Source: a virus (taxonomy: Duplodnaviria; Caudoviricetes). Taken from it: a stretch of 64,000 nt of DNA. Each line of letters opens with the position of its first letter. Positions within the stretch are counted from its first letter, which is position 1. The notes under the pieces were generated by a model, which was given only the letters and a program-made list of their open reading frames with translations, was not told the DNA's origin and did not search any database. The position numbers were made by a program, and so were the translations under genes. Of this stretch, positions 28,171 through 38,541 are shown piece by piece. Location of the stretch: IMG/VR virus record IMGVR_UViG_3300050015_000990, positions 1,912 through 65,911 of that record; one strand, written 5' to 3'.

Positions 28171-30372
28171 TTAACTCTTTTTTGCATCAGATTTTAATTT
28201 TTCACGAAAAATCTCCATATTCTTATCTTCTGCGGTTTTATGTTCCCCTGCTTTTATTTTTGCTTGTAACCCCTTACTCTTTTCTGCTGCTGTTTTTTTC
28301 TTTGTTGCTGTTTCGACTACTAAATCTTCTTTAAGAGCTTTCTTTTTTTTTAAAAATACTTTACGTTTTTTAGGAACTTCAGTTTTTTCAGCTGTCGAAT
28401 CTTCAATTGGGGATTTTTTCTTTTTTTCTTCGTCATCTTCATCATCCTTTTCCCCTTCCTCATCACTATCTGATTTATCTTCAATTTTTATTTCATCTTC
28501 TTCACCACCTTCAAGATCTTCTGGACCACCTTCTTCACCTTCTGGTTTTACTTCATCTCCTCCTTCTTCACCTTCTTTTCCCTTAGCTTTTTCTTCAGCT
28601 TCTTTCTTATCTGCATCAGCCTCAGCTTCATCACCACCAAGATTAACAGTATCAGTAGCTATGGTTGGAGTATCTCCAAGTAATTCAGTTTGATCTTGAT
28701 CAAAAGTTACTGCAGAAGCAGGTTGAACATCCATATCTTCTTTTCCAACTTCAGCTCCACCTTCTTCACCATTTCCCCCTTCTATAGATCCTTCCCCACC
28801 GCCTTCTTTTGGAATAGGAACAGTATATTTCTTTCCATCAACATCAACTGTAACAGTAATAGCTTCTCCCAAAGGACGAGTATATTTTTCGGCTTTTGCT
28901 AAATAGTCCTTATATTCATTTTGAACATCATCATGTTCTTCCTGAAGAGCTTCAATAACTTGATTACTCATTTCAGTTCCATAAGGATTTTGTTTAAAAT
29001 CAGACATCTTAGTTTCTAGAAGTTGAATATAATCCCTATAATCTTTTTTAGTTTCTTCAATTTCTTCAATGATTTTCTCATCTTCCGGAAGAAGTCCTTC
29101 AAATAATCTTGAAATATCATAGCGAAGATGTTCCATCATAATACTTTTAGCCTGAATAGGATTAATATTACGATAGAAAGTACTCTTTCCGTCGGTGCTA
29201 TTATGAGTAGCTACATATACATTACCACGTAGCTTAAATACATCTGCTGCATGATTTTCATCTTCTTTTAAGAATACTCTCTTGGCGAAATCAATTTCTG
29301 CAATTTCATTGAAATTTTTTCTCAAAGTTTCAACAAGTACAAGAAGATGACCCTTACCTGTCCAATGAGCTATTTCAGCGCTATTAGAAAATTCCTCATT
29401 AGTAATATCTTTTCCGTTTATAGAAATTTTATCTTCTGTAATAATAGCTTTATCGGTTTTATCATAAATAGAAATAGATTTACCATCGATAACAACATTA
29501 GGATTATTAATAGCTTCGCATAGAGAAACGAAGGTTGGATCTAATTTCTTAGAATCTTTTTCGGTTAATCTAGAAACTACATTACCTTTCTTAACATAAT
29601 AAAGACCTTTGACAGCAAATACTGCTTCGTTTTCTCCTAAATAAAGTATTGGAGAATAAACCTTCTCAATACCGCAAGAAGCATTTGCATGTTCAAGTTG
29701 AAGCTCAGTAGCATCAAGGGTTACTAAATTTATAATATCTCTAATAAAAGGATCATAAGAAAACTTGATAAGACATTCCTTTACAAAACTTTGAGTTTGC
29801 GGGTTTTTATCATCAAGATAATTCTGAATAGTATCTTCAATCAGGGGAACTAGATAACTGCTTTTAGATTCTTTCATAGTATCTACAATCTTTGTTATTA
29901 CAACATCAGTTTTGTAGGTCTTGACCTGATCCTCTATAGCTTTAATAGCATTTCCAACTTTTGGAAAATATGAAAATGATTGCATAGCTGTTAAGAAAGA
30001 TTCATATAAACGAACTTCCAGAACTCCTTCATTAATACTTTCTTTGAAATATTCAAGAGTAGATTTTAAAGCATAATTATCTTTTCCTTCTGTTAAAGAA
30101 AGATTTGAAATTGATTCCCTAACTCCCAGGTTTTTTACTGCCCAAGCTCTTTTTTCTCTTTCAAGCCATTTCTTAGTATCAAGATCCTGCGATTTGCTTA
30201 ATCCTTCAAAAAGCTTAGTTATAGAAAATTTTTCAATTTCATATTTAGCTTCTGGAGTCATACTATTGTACATAGTTGAATTTAATCCTGCAAGTGCAAT
30301 TTCGCATAGAGCTTTAACTTCAGTAGAAGTTGTTTTGCTTTTTAGTTGGTTGATTTTTTCTATCATTGCCAT
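28171..30372 (-). CDS. Large helical/acidic protein, putative prohead core/scaffold
   Basis: Many xxE sites (LFE, VRES, LTE, FKES, LYES, MKES), a coiled coil and a long acidic low-complexity tail. Confidence 0.5.
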   Translation of the reverse strand: MAMIEKINQLKSKTTSTEVKALCEIALAGLNSTMYNSMTPEAKYEIEKFSITKLFEGLSKSQDLDTKKWLEREKRAWAVKNLGVRESISNLSLTEGKDNYALKSTLEYFKESINEGVLEVRLYESFLTAMQSFSYFPKVGNAIKAIEDQVKTYKTDVVITKIVDTMKESKSSYLVPLIEDTIQNYLDDKNPQTQSFVKECLIKFSYDPFIRDIINLVTLDATELQLEHANASCGIEKVYSPILYLGENEAVFAVKGLYYVKKGNVVSRLTEKDSKKLDPTFVSLCEAINNPNVVIDGKSISIYDKTDKAIITEDKISINGKDITNEEFSNSAEIAHWTGKGHLLVLVETLRKNFNEIAEIDFAKRVFLKEDENHAADVFKLRGNVYVATHNSTDGKSTFYRNINPIQAKSIMMEHLRYDISRLFEGLLPEDEKIIEEIEETKKDYRDYIQLLETKMSDFKQNPYGTEMSNQVIEALQEEHDDVQNEYKDYLAKAEKYTRPLGEAITVTVDVDGKKYTVPIPKEGGGEGSIEGGNGEEGGAEVGKEDMDVQPASAVTFDQDQTELLGDTPTIATDTVNLGGDEAEADADKKEAEEKAKGKEGEEGGDEVKPEGEEGGPEDLEGGEEDEIKIEDKSDSDEEGEKDDEDDEEKKKKSPIEDSTAEKTEVPKKRKVFLKKKKALKEDLVVETATKKKTAAEKSKGLQAKIKAGEHKTAEDKNMEIFREKLKSDAKKS

Positions 30373-30398
30373 AAATTTATTTGATAAAATATGTTTTT

Positions 30399-30893
30399 CT
30401 ATATATTATTTAAAGCGCTTTCTTTTTTTCCTTTTTCAGGTATTAAAACTTTTACCCCTGTTAATTTTTCAATGCCATCATATATTTCCTGAACACTTTT
30501 TAGATTTCTTGACTCTGTCAATCCCCGAAGAACAATTTCATTTTCTTCCTCGGTTAATTTTCGAATATTTTCTGAGTGAAAAACTATATTAAAACTACTA
30601 AAGCCATGAGGAAAAAACGTTGAAAGCTTATTCCTTCCCTTTCCAAAAGCATCCTCTATTAGATCCTGAAGTAATCCTACTTCATAAGATAAGACATTAT
30701 TTCTTTTAAAAGAATCCCTAGGATCCCATCGTCTAAGATCCTCTTTGGTTGGAGCTCGTAAAAATACTTCAATCATTATTGAAGTTCCATTCCATCTTCG
30801 ATCAGTTGTAACCAGAGTTCCGGGTCGAATCCCAAAAATAGCTTCCTTAGGATCTATTCCTCTTTCAAAATTAATAGATTCCCTAACAATCAT
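30399..30893 (-). CDS. FERG-tag family protein
   Basis: MIVRESINFERGIDPKEAIFGI. Confidence 0.85.
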   Translation of the reverse strand: MIVRESINFERGIDPKEAIFGIRPGTLVTTDRRWNGTSIMIEVFLRAPTKEDLRRWDPRDSFKRNNVLSYEVGLLQDLIEDAFGKGRNKLSTFFPHGFSSFNIVFHSENIRKLTEEENEIVLRGLTESRNLKSVQEIYDGIEKLTGVKVLIPEKGKKESALNNI

Positions 30894-32221
30894 TACACAA
30901 TAGTAATATTTTCTACAACTCCAAAATGATCTTCCGGGTGATTACTATCAACAATTTCAATCTTTATATTGGAATAATCCAATATTCCAGGAAATAAAAT
31001 AGATGAATCTACTGTGAATGGAGCAGAAGGATCGAGTTCGTTCCATTTAATATTAGCATGAATAGCACCATCAGGACTATATTGTATTTGTCCTGAAGAA
31101 GCATCTTTCATTTCAAGTTGGATATTGATAGAAGCATCATTTGAACCCCCAGTTAAAAAATATCCTGATGAAAAAATAATAAATGAATTAGCATTTATTA
31201 AATTTGTACTTAAATCCGGAATAATTTTAACCACTGGTTCTCTAAAAACAGACACCAAAGAAGTATCTTCCCAAATCATTGTTGGAGGAACATAAGCTGT
31301 AAAAGTTTCAGGAATATTCCAAATATAATATTCGGTATTTGGCTGAAATCGATCTATTTCTTGTCTATCATTAGTTCCGGTATAAAGCCAATAAAGATCT
31401 ACTTTAGGAATAATATAATTTTCTCTTGTATAAGTCCATTGAATCCAAAGAGGAATTCCTTTAGGAACAACAGCTCCTTCTTGGGGAGTAGTTATTACAA
31501 ATTGTGTTTGGGTATTTTTTGCTCCTATTGGATGAATATCATAATTAAATCCCTTAATTTTGGTTGTAGCTTTCATCTCTGTAGTCTTATCAAAAACAGG
31601 TTGATATGATTCAATTTCTAGAGAAAAATTTAATTTGACTTTATTATCAACTTCAAAACTATATTGAATATTTTTATCAATAGCAATATCTTCTGGAAAT
31701 CCTACCGTACATCCAACTCGAAGTCCTTTGTAATAAACATAATAGGTAACATTTTTATAAAAAGTTTCTCTGATTTCTTGTTCTAATTTAAGAGCTGTAA
31801 CCTGTCTATCAATCCACATTTCACAATCAATACGAATCTGAAGAGGAATTGAATAGAGAAATGAAACATAACTTTCAAGTTTGCCATCTACTTCTTTAAC
31901 ATATCGACCCTGAACAAATCGAGAAGTAATTCTTTGAGCATTTATTGTGGATCCTGTATAAGTAATGATCCCTCTAGGAATCATATCAAAATTGCCATCT
32001 ACAGGTCTAGGGGGAAGACATTCTGCATAGTGAGTATAAAAATCTTGCATAAATCTTTCATCTCCGGATTGATTATAAAACCAAGGGACCTTAACAATTT
32101 CTATATCCTCATTCCCCCAAACTTGTTTATATTCAATATGATTATTAAGAATATCCAAGAGTCCTGCAAGAACCGCCCTTATCAAGATATCCTCGTTGTT
32201 ATACTTCTGATATAGTGCCAT
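30893..32221 (-). CDS. gp15: Tail terminator/sheath stabiliser (T4 gp15-like) with C-terminal extension
   Basis: 'VKVPWFY..GDERF', 'IPRG', 'IPLQI..E.....ALKLEQEI', 'FSLEIESYQPVF'; Ig-like C-terminal half. Confidence 0.65.
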   Translation of the reverse strand: MALYQKYNNEDILIRAVLAGLLDILNNHIEYKQVWGNEDIEIVKVPWFYNQSGDERFMQDFYTHYAECLPPRPVDGNFDMIPRGIITYTGSTINAQRITSRFVQGRYVKEVDGKLESYVSFLYSIPLQIRIDCEMWIDRQVTALKLEQEIRETFYKNVTYYVYYKGLRVGCTVGFPEDIAIDKNIQYSFEVDNKVKLNFSLEIESYQPVFDKTTEMKATTKIKGFNYDIHPIGAKNTQTQFVITTPQEGAVVPKGIPLWIQWTYTRENYIIPKVDLYWLYTGTNDRQEIDRFQPNTEYYIWNIPETFTAYVPPTMIWEDTSLVSVFREPVVKIIPDLSTNLINANSFIIFSSGYFLTGGSNDASINIQLEMKDASSGQIQYSPDGAIHANIKWNELDPSAPFTVDSSILFPGILDYSNIKIEIVDSNHPEDHFGVVENITIV

Positions 32222-32262
32222 ATTTTATATATTATGTTAGTCCTATTTTTGTTTTTATTATG

Positions 32263-32643
32263 CTAATCATAATAATAAAAAAGCATTTCTTTATCATCAT
32301 ATTTTAAACCTTGTATAATCTTAGGACTATGAGCATCAATAATGGTTTGAATCCCTTCAAAAAAGAAATAATTCATTTTATGTTCTGGAAGAATAAGTCT
32401 AATACGAGTCTTGTTTGTACCATGATATAGATATAAAGTAGTTAAATCTGGTTCAAAAGAAATTTGAGTTGTAGGTTCCTGTATAATTTCTTTAATTTTT
32501 TTCCAACTATTTGAAAATCCCCCACCAAGGCTTTTTGGAAATAATTGGATGAATTTATTTTTTAAACCAAGATTCATCGCTTCTTTAGGATCCTGTCCTC
32601 TCTCAAAATTATTCATTTTTTCTGATACCAAGTAAGCTTTCAT
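32263..32643 (-). CDS. FERG-tag family protein
   Basis: MKAYLVSEKMNNFERGQDPKEAMNLG. Its cargo resembles that of 17783..18169 (EPTT..FE, FFFE). Confidence 0.85.
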   Translation of the reverse strand: MKAYLVSEKMNNFERGQDPKEAMNLGLKNKFIQLFPKSLGGGFSNSWKKIKEIIQEPTTQISFEPDLTTLYLYHGTNKTRIRLILPEHKMNYFFFEGIQTIIDAHSPKIIQGLKYDDKEMLFYYYD

Positions 32644-32981
32644 TTTTTAAATATTTTTTTAATAAATATAGTAAATTTAATATCTTTTAGTGCTTCTTTT
32701 GGATTTCTATAATTTTGAGTTTGATAATTAGTTGTTGTTGCAAAATATCTTTTATTTTCAGTATCATCATTTTTTCTTAATACTAAGATTGGAAACCCTC
32801 TATAATTTTTAATTAAATCGATAACAGTAACTGCATCTCGAATCTCATTAAAAGGAAAATCCCACGGGGTTTCTTCAATAAATTTTGTATCTAAATAAGT
32901 TTGGCCAATATCCATAGTAGTTCTAGGATTCCCTCCTCTTTCAAAATTATGCAATTTTTCTGATACAAAGTAAGCTTTCAT
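32640..32981 (-). CDS. FERG-tag family protein
   Basis: MKAYFVSEKLHNFERGGNPRTTMDIG. Confidence 0.85.
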   Translation of the reverse strand: MKAYFVSEKLHNFERGGNPRTTMDIGQTYLDTKFIEETPWDFPFNEIRDAVTVIDLIKNYRGFPILVLRKNDDTENKRYFATTTNYQTQNYRNPKEALKDIKFTIFIKKIFKK

Positions 32982-33006
32982 GCTATCATTATTTTAATTA
33001 AAATAA

Positions 33007-33078
33007 GGTTAGGTTTTGCGGAACTTCAATCCACACTCTCCATTTGGAGCGTTCTGTCATTAAACTATCCACCCAACC
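33007..33078 (-). ncRNA. tRNA-like element/pseudo-tRNA without a proper anticodon loop
   Basis: Closing stem GGTTGGGT/ACCTAACC; D-arm TAGTTTAATGACAGAAC; CTCC-AAAT-GGAG; T-like arm GTGGA-TTGAAGT-TCCGC. Confidence 0.5.
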
Positions 33079-33116
33079 TCAGGCGAATAGTTAGTCGCGA
33101 TTCTTCACCATTCAGA

Positions 33117-33953
33117 CTATTTATCCAAATAAATCCAATCAGGAAAGTTTTTATTTATTAATCTATTTCTAATGGTCATCAAAGGAATGTTTAAAATTCT
33201 GAAAGCTTCATGTAAACTCTCATATTCCTTATTTTCGATAAATATTTTTCGACCCGGGATTTTTCTTCCAGCGCTAGCTTTACCTATATTATCTCTATGG
33301 CTTTTTGTAAATGGGGGTTTTGGTTTCCCTTTAAGCAATTTGGATAAGGTGAATTTTCCTATATCGGATCTATTATAATCAGATAATCTTTCTGCATTTG
33401 ATATTTGAGCTAATATTTCTTTTTTGGAAAATCCCGATATTTCGATTCTCTTTATTCTTGAATCTGCAATCTTTCTTCCTCTTTCATTTTCCTCCTCTTG
33501 AGAAAGAGAAGAATGAATATTTATTTGTATTTCAGAAAATTTTTGGCAAATTTCGAAACTTCTTTTTTTCCCTTTATTGCTATTTGTTCTTTTTTTAATA
33601 ATGAATTGTTTATTAGGATTATTTGTTAATGTATCTCCTCCATCTCCTCCATTAATCATATTATATCCATATTTTGGATTTAATGATTCGCTCAAATTAA
33701 TAAAATAGATTTCTAATCTATTTAATTCTTTAGCAATATTATCAGCTGGCAAATAAATTTCTTTTATCTTATGAACAGAAAAATTTTCATATCCATAATA
33801 ATTCATAGCATCATATAATCTTCTATTTATTTTTTTAGAAGCATTTAAAAGATGACTTTGCCATCTTCTTTCAATATAAAATGTTTTTCCATAATAATAT
33901 TTTCCATTAATATGATTAATGATAATATAAATATATCCTTTTCGCAAATTCAT
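33117..33953 (-). CDS. GIY-YIG homing endonuclease
   Basis: 'GYIYIIINHINGKYYYGKT', 'YGYNMINGGDGG'; C-terminal NUMOD1-like 'YESLHEAFRILNIP'. Confidence 0.9.
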   Translation of the reverse strand: MNLRKGYIYIIINHINGKYYYGKTFYIERRWQSHLLNASKKINRRLYDAMNYYGYENFSVHKIKEIYLPADNIAKELNRLEIYFINLSESLNPKYGYNMINGGDGGDTLTNNPNKQFIIKKRTNSNKGKKRSFEICQKFSEIQINIHSSLSQEEENERGRKIADSRIKRIEISGFSKKEILAQISNAERLSDYNRSDIGKFTLSKLLKGKPKPPFTKSHRDNIGKASAGRKIPGRKIFIENKEYESLHEAFRILNIPLMTIRNRLINKNFPDWIYLDK

Positions 33954-33990
33954 TTTTATTATATATACGATTCCTTTTCAGATATACCAA

Positions 33991-35721
33991 TTATTTGTCA
34001 ACAACTATAAATCTATTTAATACTTCTGGGGGAAATGCCTTTCTATTATAATGAATTAAATCTGAAAGAGAAGCATCTAAAACATAGGTAACAGCCCAGT
34101 CATTTTCATTTCTAACTGAACGCCCAATTCCCTGTAAAAATCCCAAAATAGCACGCCACCGATACCACGCGGGATTAATTGCTAATTTTGCTTTAACAAA
34201 ACGATCTCCTAAACTTAAATAAGGAACTTTTGCAAATATTGCAAATCTACTCCAATCATCCTTTAGATCCAATCCTTCAAGGAGAGAAGGGCCAATTAAA
34301 ACTTTATCTTTTGAAAATTTAAGAAGCTCTAATGTTTTCCTTTTTTCTTCGGTTCCATTATAAACAAGAACTCTCTTTCTATTTTTTGGAGTTAGGTTTT
34401 GAAATATTTTCATAGAAAGATCATAGGAAGCTGAATGGATAATTCCGCTCTCTCCCTTATGCTTATCCAAAATATCATTTACCTGTTCGTATAGCCAGGG
34501 TAAATTCTCACTTATATGATTATAAGACATTTTTCTTTTATTATAAAAATAAATAGGGCTTTTGGAAAAATCAAAAGAACTATCCACTTTGATATATTTA
34601 GCTCCTCGTAGAGAAATACTTAAAAGATAATCTGTTGGATCTGCAAAGGTTGCACTCATAAAAACTCTAAACCCTGTCCACCGATGGAAATATTTGTGCA
34701 TTAAATAGGATTCCTTAAGGCAATTAAAAACCAAGGTATCCTCTCCTTGGGGATTTTTTACTAAATTTCTTATTGATGTTTTTTGAATAATATCTACATA
34801 ATCAGCAAATTTATATTCCATATCTGTAAGCCAACTGGAAATCCATAAAGCTTCTCTCCATTCTTTTGGAGGATTATCTTTTGGATAATCTTCCTTAACC
34901 CTATCTTTTAATTTAGATACAGAACCTAAATAGGATGTAAAAATAATTTGAATTTGATCAAGAATATTAAGAAGTTTATCCTGATCCTCTTCAACCCATA
35001 ACGATTGAATAAGCTCTTTTATTTTTACAAAATCTACTGAATGATTACGAACTTTATAAATCTGAAAGAAATCAGTTAGTTTTCTGATTTTTTCTATAGT
35101 TTTATCATCTATCCTTGGACTGTAATTATTTTGAACAATATCTAATATTTTATGTCCTTCATCACAAATAGTAAAGTCTCTGGGCTTAAATAGTTGTCTG
35201 TCCTCACTCATATTCATATTGACATAGTTCATATGGACTAACCAATAAGCATAGTTTAACAATGACGTATTTGAGTGTGACGCACGATCTCGAGCACTAT
35301 AATAAGGACAATCCCCAAAGCAATCCATATTATATGGATTTAGATTTTTTATTCGGCATGTCCCCATACTATTTCTATCCAAATTGTCCATACAAATATA
35401 ATTATCAACCCCTTTTACACTTCCCCAGGATAGATTGAATCTCTGAAAATCTTTTTCGTATTGATCTTGCAAAGCTATATCAGAAGCAAGAATATATCCT
35501 TTCTTTCCTTCTCTGGTTAGAATCCAAGCACTACACATAGCTATAATTGACTTTCCCGAACCAACTGGAGCATCTAAAATAACTGTATCGCAATCAGGAT
35601 CAAAATAAGCATCTATAATTCCTTCAACTGCTTCTCTTTGCCCTCTTCTCCATTCAAATTCTTTGGGAAGAAATGTTTCTTTAAATTCTTTAAAATATAA
35701 TTCAAGCTGAGTTTTATCCAT
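33991..35721 (-). CDS. DinG/XPD-family SF2 helicase
   Basis: Q motif RRGQ, Walker A 'APVGSGKS', Fe-S-type Cys residues, 'DEGH', 'MSAT', 'EGLDL', 'KVPY', 'QGIGRSVR..ND'. Confidence 0.9.
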   Translation of the reverse strand: MDKTQLELYFKEFKETFLPKEFEWRRGQREAVEGIIDAYFDPDCDTVILDAPVGSGKSIIAMCSAWILTREGKKGYILASDIALQDQYEKDFQRFNLSWGSVKGVDNYICMDNLDRNSMGTCRIKNLNPYNMDCFGDCPYYSARDRASHSNTSLLNYAYWLVHMNYVNMNMSEDRQLFKPRDFTICDEGHKILDIVQNNYSPRIDDKTIEKIRKLTDFFQIYKVRNHSVDFVKIKELIQSLWVEEDQDKLLNILDQIQIIFTSYLGSVSKLKDRVKEDYPKDNPPKEWREALWISSWLTDMEYKFADYVDIIQKTSIRNLVKNPQGEDTLVFNCLKESYLMHKYFHRWTGFRVFMSATFADPTDYLLSISLRGAKYIKVDSSFDFSKSPIYFYNKRKMSYNHISENLPWLYEQVNDILDKHKGESGIIHSASYDLSMKIFQNLTPKNRKRVLVYNGTEEKRKTLELLKFSKDKVLIGPSLLEGLDLKDDWSRFAIFAKVPYLSLGDRFVKAKLAINPAWYRWRAILGFLQGIGRSVRNENDWAVTYVLDASLSDLIHYNRKAFPPEVLNRFIVVDK

Positions 35722-35726
35722 AAACG

Positions 35727-35754
35727 TTTTACAACAAAAAAGGTGCTAAGTTTT
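35727..35754 (-). promoter_or_regulatory. Candidate middle promoter AAAACT-N17-TAAAA within a terminator hairpin
   Basis: Hairpin AAGGTGCTAA/TTAGCACCTT with the -35 element in its loop. Confidence 0.6.
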
Positions 35755-35783
35755 ATTAGCACCTTGTTAAATGTTTTATAGGA

Positions 35784-37007
35784 TTATGGATTAATTAAAA
35801 GACCATATTTTTCTTTTATCTGTCTCATAACTTGAAACATTGCAAGCATTGTATCTGTCATTTTTTCTCTAATTACTGCTGGATAAACCTCGGAAGAAGA
35901 AATTTTTTGTAATTCTTCAGTTAAATCTAATAAAGTTCCCATAGGATTTGGATCTGACATATTTGCATGTTCTTCTTTTCCATCACCATCAACATCAGAA
36001 TCTTCAACAAACCATTCATTAACAGATTCATTTTTAGAGCCAAAACCTAGGTCCTTTAATTTTTTAGAGGCTTTAGCTGAATCAGAAGTCCCGCTGGGTT
36101 CAATAGCATCATAAGCTTCTGAGAATTTTTTAATTTCAGTCATATCAACCCCTGTCATAAGAGTTTCTCCTATTTTTTTTGAATCCATGTTCCAGGAATA
36201 TCCTCTTCTCATATCATAGATAATTTTTTCCATAGATTTATCAAAATTATCTATAAGCTGTTGTTTGAAATTGTCCAAAACCTTATCAAGTTGCTTATCC
36301 AATACAGCTCTTTTCTTTTCAGCAAAAATTTCATATCTATCTTTTTGAGATTGAGATTTATCATCACGATACGTACTATTTCCCCCTGCAAGAGGATCTT
36401 CGATACTTCGTATTGAATTCCTCTCCTGTCTTTTCTTTATTCTTTGAGGGTCTTTAAAGATAAGAAAAATTTGATAATTTGAATTTGGCTGTGCTTTTTT
36501 CTGGTTTTCTAACCATTCTTGTAATTGGGGAACAGACATTTCTCCAACATCAGCCGAATCATAACCTCTTTGATTTCTTCTTCCCCCATGTCCCCATCTT
36601 TCATTTATTTCATCGACTTTTGGGGGATTAAAAGATTCATTCTGTTTAGTTTCTTTAGCTTGTTTTTCAGCTTCTATAGCTTTTTCCTTTTCCCTTCTCT
36701 TTTTTATCTCAGAATATTCTCCAGCGGCTTTTTTAACTTGAAATTTATTAGGAGAAATCTTTTCAATCATATATGTAGATTTACCATCCACTTTAATGAT
36801 AGCAATTAAAAGGGTTTCATCTTTTAATTTTTTTAAAAAAGTTTTATAATCTGAACTAGCTGGAAGTTCATCCACTATTGATTCTCTTCCTCCTTGTTTA
36901 CCTGGTTCAAGAAGTTTTTTCTTCCATTCATCCGGAATATCTGCAAATTGTTTTAGGGTTCCTAAATTTTCATTTAAAAATTGATCTAATGATTCAAATA
37001 CAATCAT
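35784..37007 (-). CDS. Hypothetical charged protein, putative internal head protein
   Basis: Leader MIVFESLDQFLNE; internal QNES, INE and KNESVNE sites. Confidence 0.55.
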   Translation of the reverse strand: MIVFESLDQFLNENLGTLKQFADIPDEWKKKLLEPGKQGGRESIVDELPASSDYKTFLKKLKDETLLIAIIKVDGKSTYMIEKISPNKFQVKKAAGEYSEIKKRREKEKAIEAEKQAKETKQNESFNPPKVDEINERWGHGGRRNQRGYDSADVGEMSVPQLQEWLENQKKAQPNSNYQIFLIFKDPQRIKKRQERNSIRSIEDPLAGGNSTYRDDKSQSQKDRYEIFAEKKRAVLDKQLDKVLDNFKQQLIDNFDKSMEKIIYDMRRGYSWNMDSKKIGETLMTGVDMTEIKKFSEAYDAIEPSGTSDSAKASKKLKDLGFGSKNESVNEWFVEDSDVDGDGKEEHANMSDPNPMGTLLDLTEELQKISSSEVYPAVIREKMTDTMLAMFQVMRQIKEKYGLLINP

Positions 37008-37027
37008 TGAGTAAATTATTTTATTTT

Positions 37028-37606
37028 TTATATCCCTGATTTCAAAATCTGAATAGCAACCTTTTCTGAAGAAACTCCTGTATCAAAAAGATTTTGTAGA
37101 TCCCATAAATCCTGATTTTCTTTTATATAATCAATAAGATCCTGATCATCTTCTCCTAAGTAAACTTCTGTTTTTATATAATCAGCAATTTCCTGAATAT
37201 AATCAGAAAAAGTATATTCAGAATCAAAATTCTCATTTATTTCTTCTTCAAGTTCTGGTGTAAAATCTAATCCTAGAATTTGATTTAATCTAATTTTCTT
37301 TATTTGGCCGTCAATTTTAAAAAGAAAATCCCCCGAATTTAATTCACCCATAGGAATCCCATCAATTACTAATCCGTCTTTTAGCATGACAGATAAGGAT
37401 TTTCTAGAATATTCAGGTATATTAAGTTCTGATCTAATTGTTTGTATAATTTCATCCTCAGGGATTTCATAATCAATATCTTCTTCTCCGCTTTCACCTG
37501 TGGTAAATTCATCATCCTCTACAGCTTCAATAGCAGAAAGTTCAGGATCCTCTTCCGGATTCATGAAATCATGAACATTTTCAGATACCATATTTTTCAT
37601 TGACAA
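37028..37606 (-). CDS. Acidic protein, putative internal head protein
   Basis: VSE and INE sites; very acidic. Confidence 0.5.
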   Translation of the reverse strand: MSMKNMVSENVHDFMNPEEDPELSAIEAVEDDEFTTGESGEEDIDYEIPEDEIIQTIRSELNIPEYSRKSLSVMLKDGLVIDGIPMGELNSGDFLFKIDGQIKKIRLNQILGLDFTPELEEEINENFDSEYTFSDYIQEIADYIKTEVYLGEDDQDLIDYIKENQDLWDLQNLFDTGVSSEKVAIQILKSGI

Positions 37607-37610
37607 TTTA

Positions 37611-38474
37611 TTATTTTACTTTGGATTCGGATTCTGTATCAAAATCCTCTTCTCCGGATTCCTTATTGAAAAAATCAACATCATCAAAAGTTAATTGATC
37701 TTCTTCCTCTGGCTTTGGCATTGGCATATCTCCTCTAGCTTCTCCAGCTTTAATTTCTCCAGGTTCAGTTTCAAAATCCCCTAATGAAGGCATTTCAAAT
37801 TCAGAATCATCTAAATCCGGTTCTTCAATTTCGTCTTCTTCACCCTCTTCTCCAGATAATTCATCTTCACCTGGTAGATCCTCTTCTTCTTCTTCTTCTT
37901 CACCCTCTTCTCCAGATAATTTATCTTCATTTGATAGATCTTCTTCACCTGGTAAATCTTCTTCTCCGGATAATTCATTCTCACCTGGTAAATCTTCTTC
38001 TCCGGATAATTCATTCTCACCTGGTAAATCTTCTTCCCCAGATAATTCAGGTCCTTCTATTTCATTTCCTGAATCCTTGGTTAAATCAGTTGCAGGAGTT
38101 TCCTCTGCATCTGGATCATATCCTGAAATAGGAGGCATAGGTTCTGGCAATAAAGTATTTGCGGGTTTTATCCCTGTCTCATCTCCAAGATCATCTCCGG
38201 GTTCTTCTACTTCAGATGGTTGAAGAATAGTAGATTCCTCATCTCCCTCCTCATCTTCATCTTGTCCAAAAACAACATATTTTTTAACCGAATCAAGATA
38301 ATCGTCAGCTTTTGTAAGATAACTCTGAACCCATGCATCAAGTTCTTCACAAGTTTCAATTTTCTCTAAAAGCTCTTCAACATTAGCTTGTATATTCTTA
38401 AGCTGCATTTTAGCCATTTTAACTTCTTCATTACACTGTTTCCAGGCATCTTCAAAAAGACGATTCTTTTCCAT
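37611..38474 (-). CDS. Acidic head-associated protein
   Basis: N-terminal 'MAKMQL...LDAWVQSYLTKADDYL' domain recalled from T4-like head-region proteins; acidic repeat tail. Confidence 0.55.
   Translation of the reverse strand: MEKNRLFEDAWKQCNEEVKMAKMQLKNIQANVEELLEKIETCEELDAWVQSYLTKADDYLDSVKKYVVFGQDEDEEGDEESTILQPSEVEEPGDDLGDETGIKPANTLLPEPMPPISGYDPDAEETPATDLTKDSGNEIEGPELSGEEDLPGENELSGEEDLPGENELSGEEDLPGEEDLSNEDKLSGEEGEEEEEEEDLPGEDELSGEEGEEDEIEEPDLDDSEFEMPSLGDFETEPGEIKAGEARGDMPMPKPEEEDQLTFDDVDFFNKESGEEDFDTESESKVK
37836..38046 (-). repeat. 36-bp coding tandem repeats (GENELSGEEDLP) and related units
   Basis: Repeated tcacctggtaaatcttcttctccggataattcattc. Confidence 0.85.
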
Positions 38475-38541
38475 AATACAATAATTTTATTTATATATTA
38501 ATGCACAAAAAAGTAGAATATATTAATATTCCATATTAGCA

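Noticed and set aside
12295-33953. Group I introns around the three GIY-YIG genes
   Set aside because: The flanking genes are complete and no intron core was recognised. The endonucleases appear free-standing.
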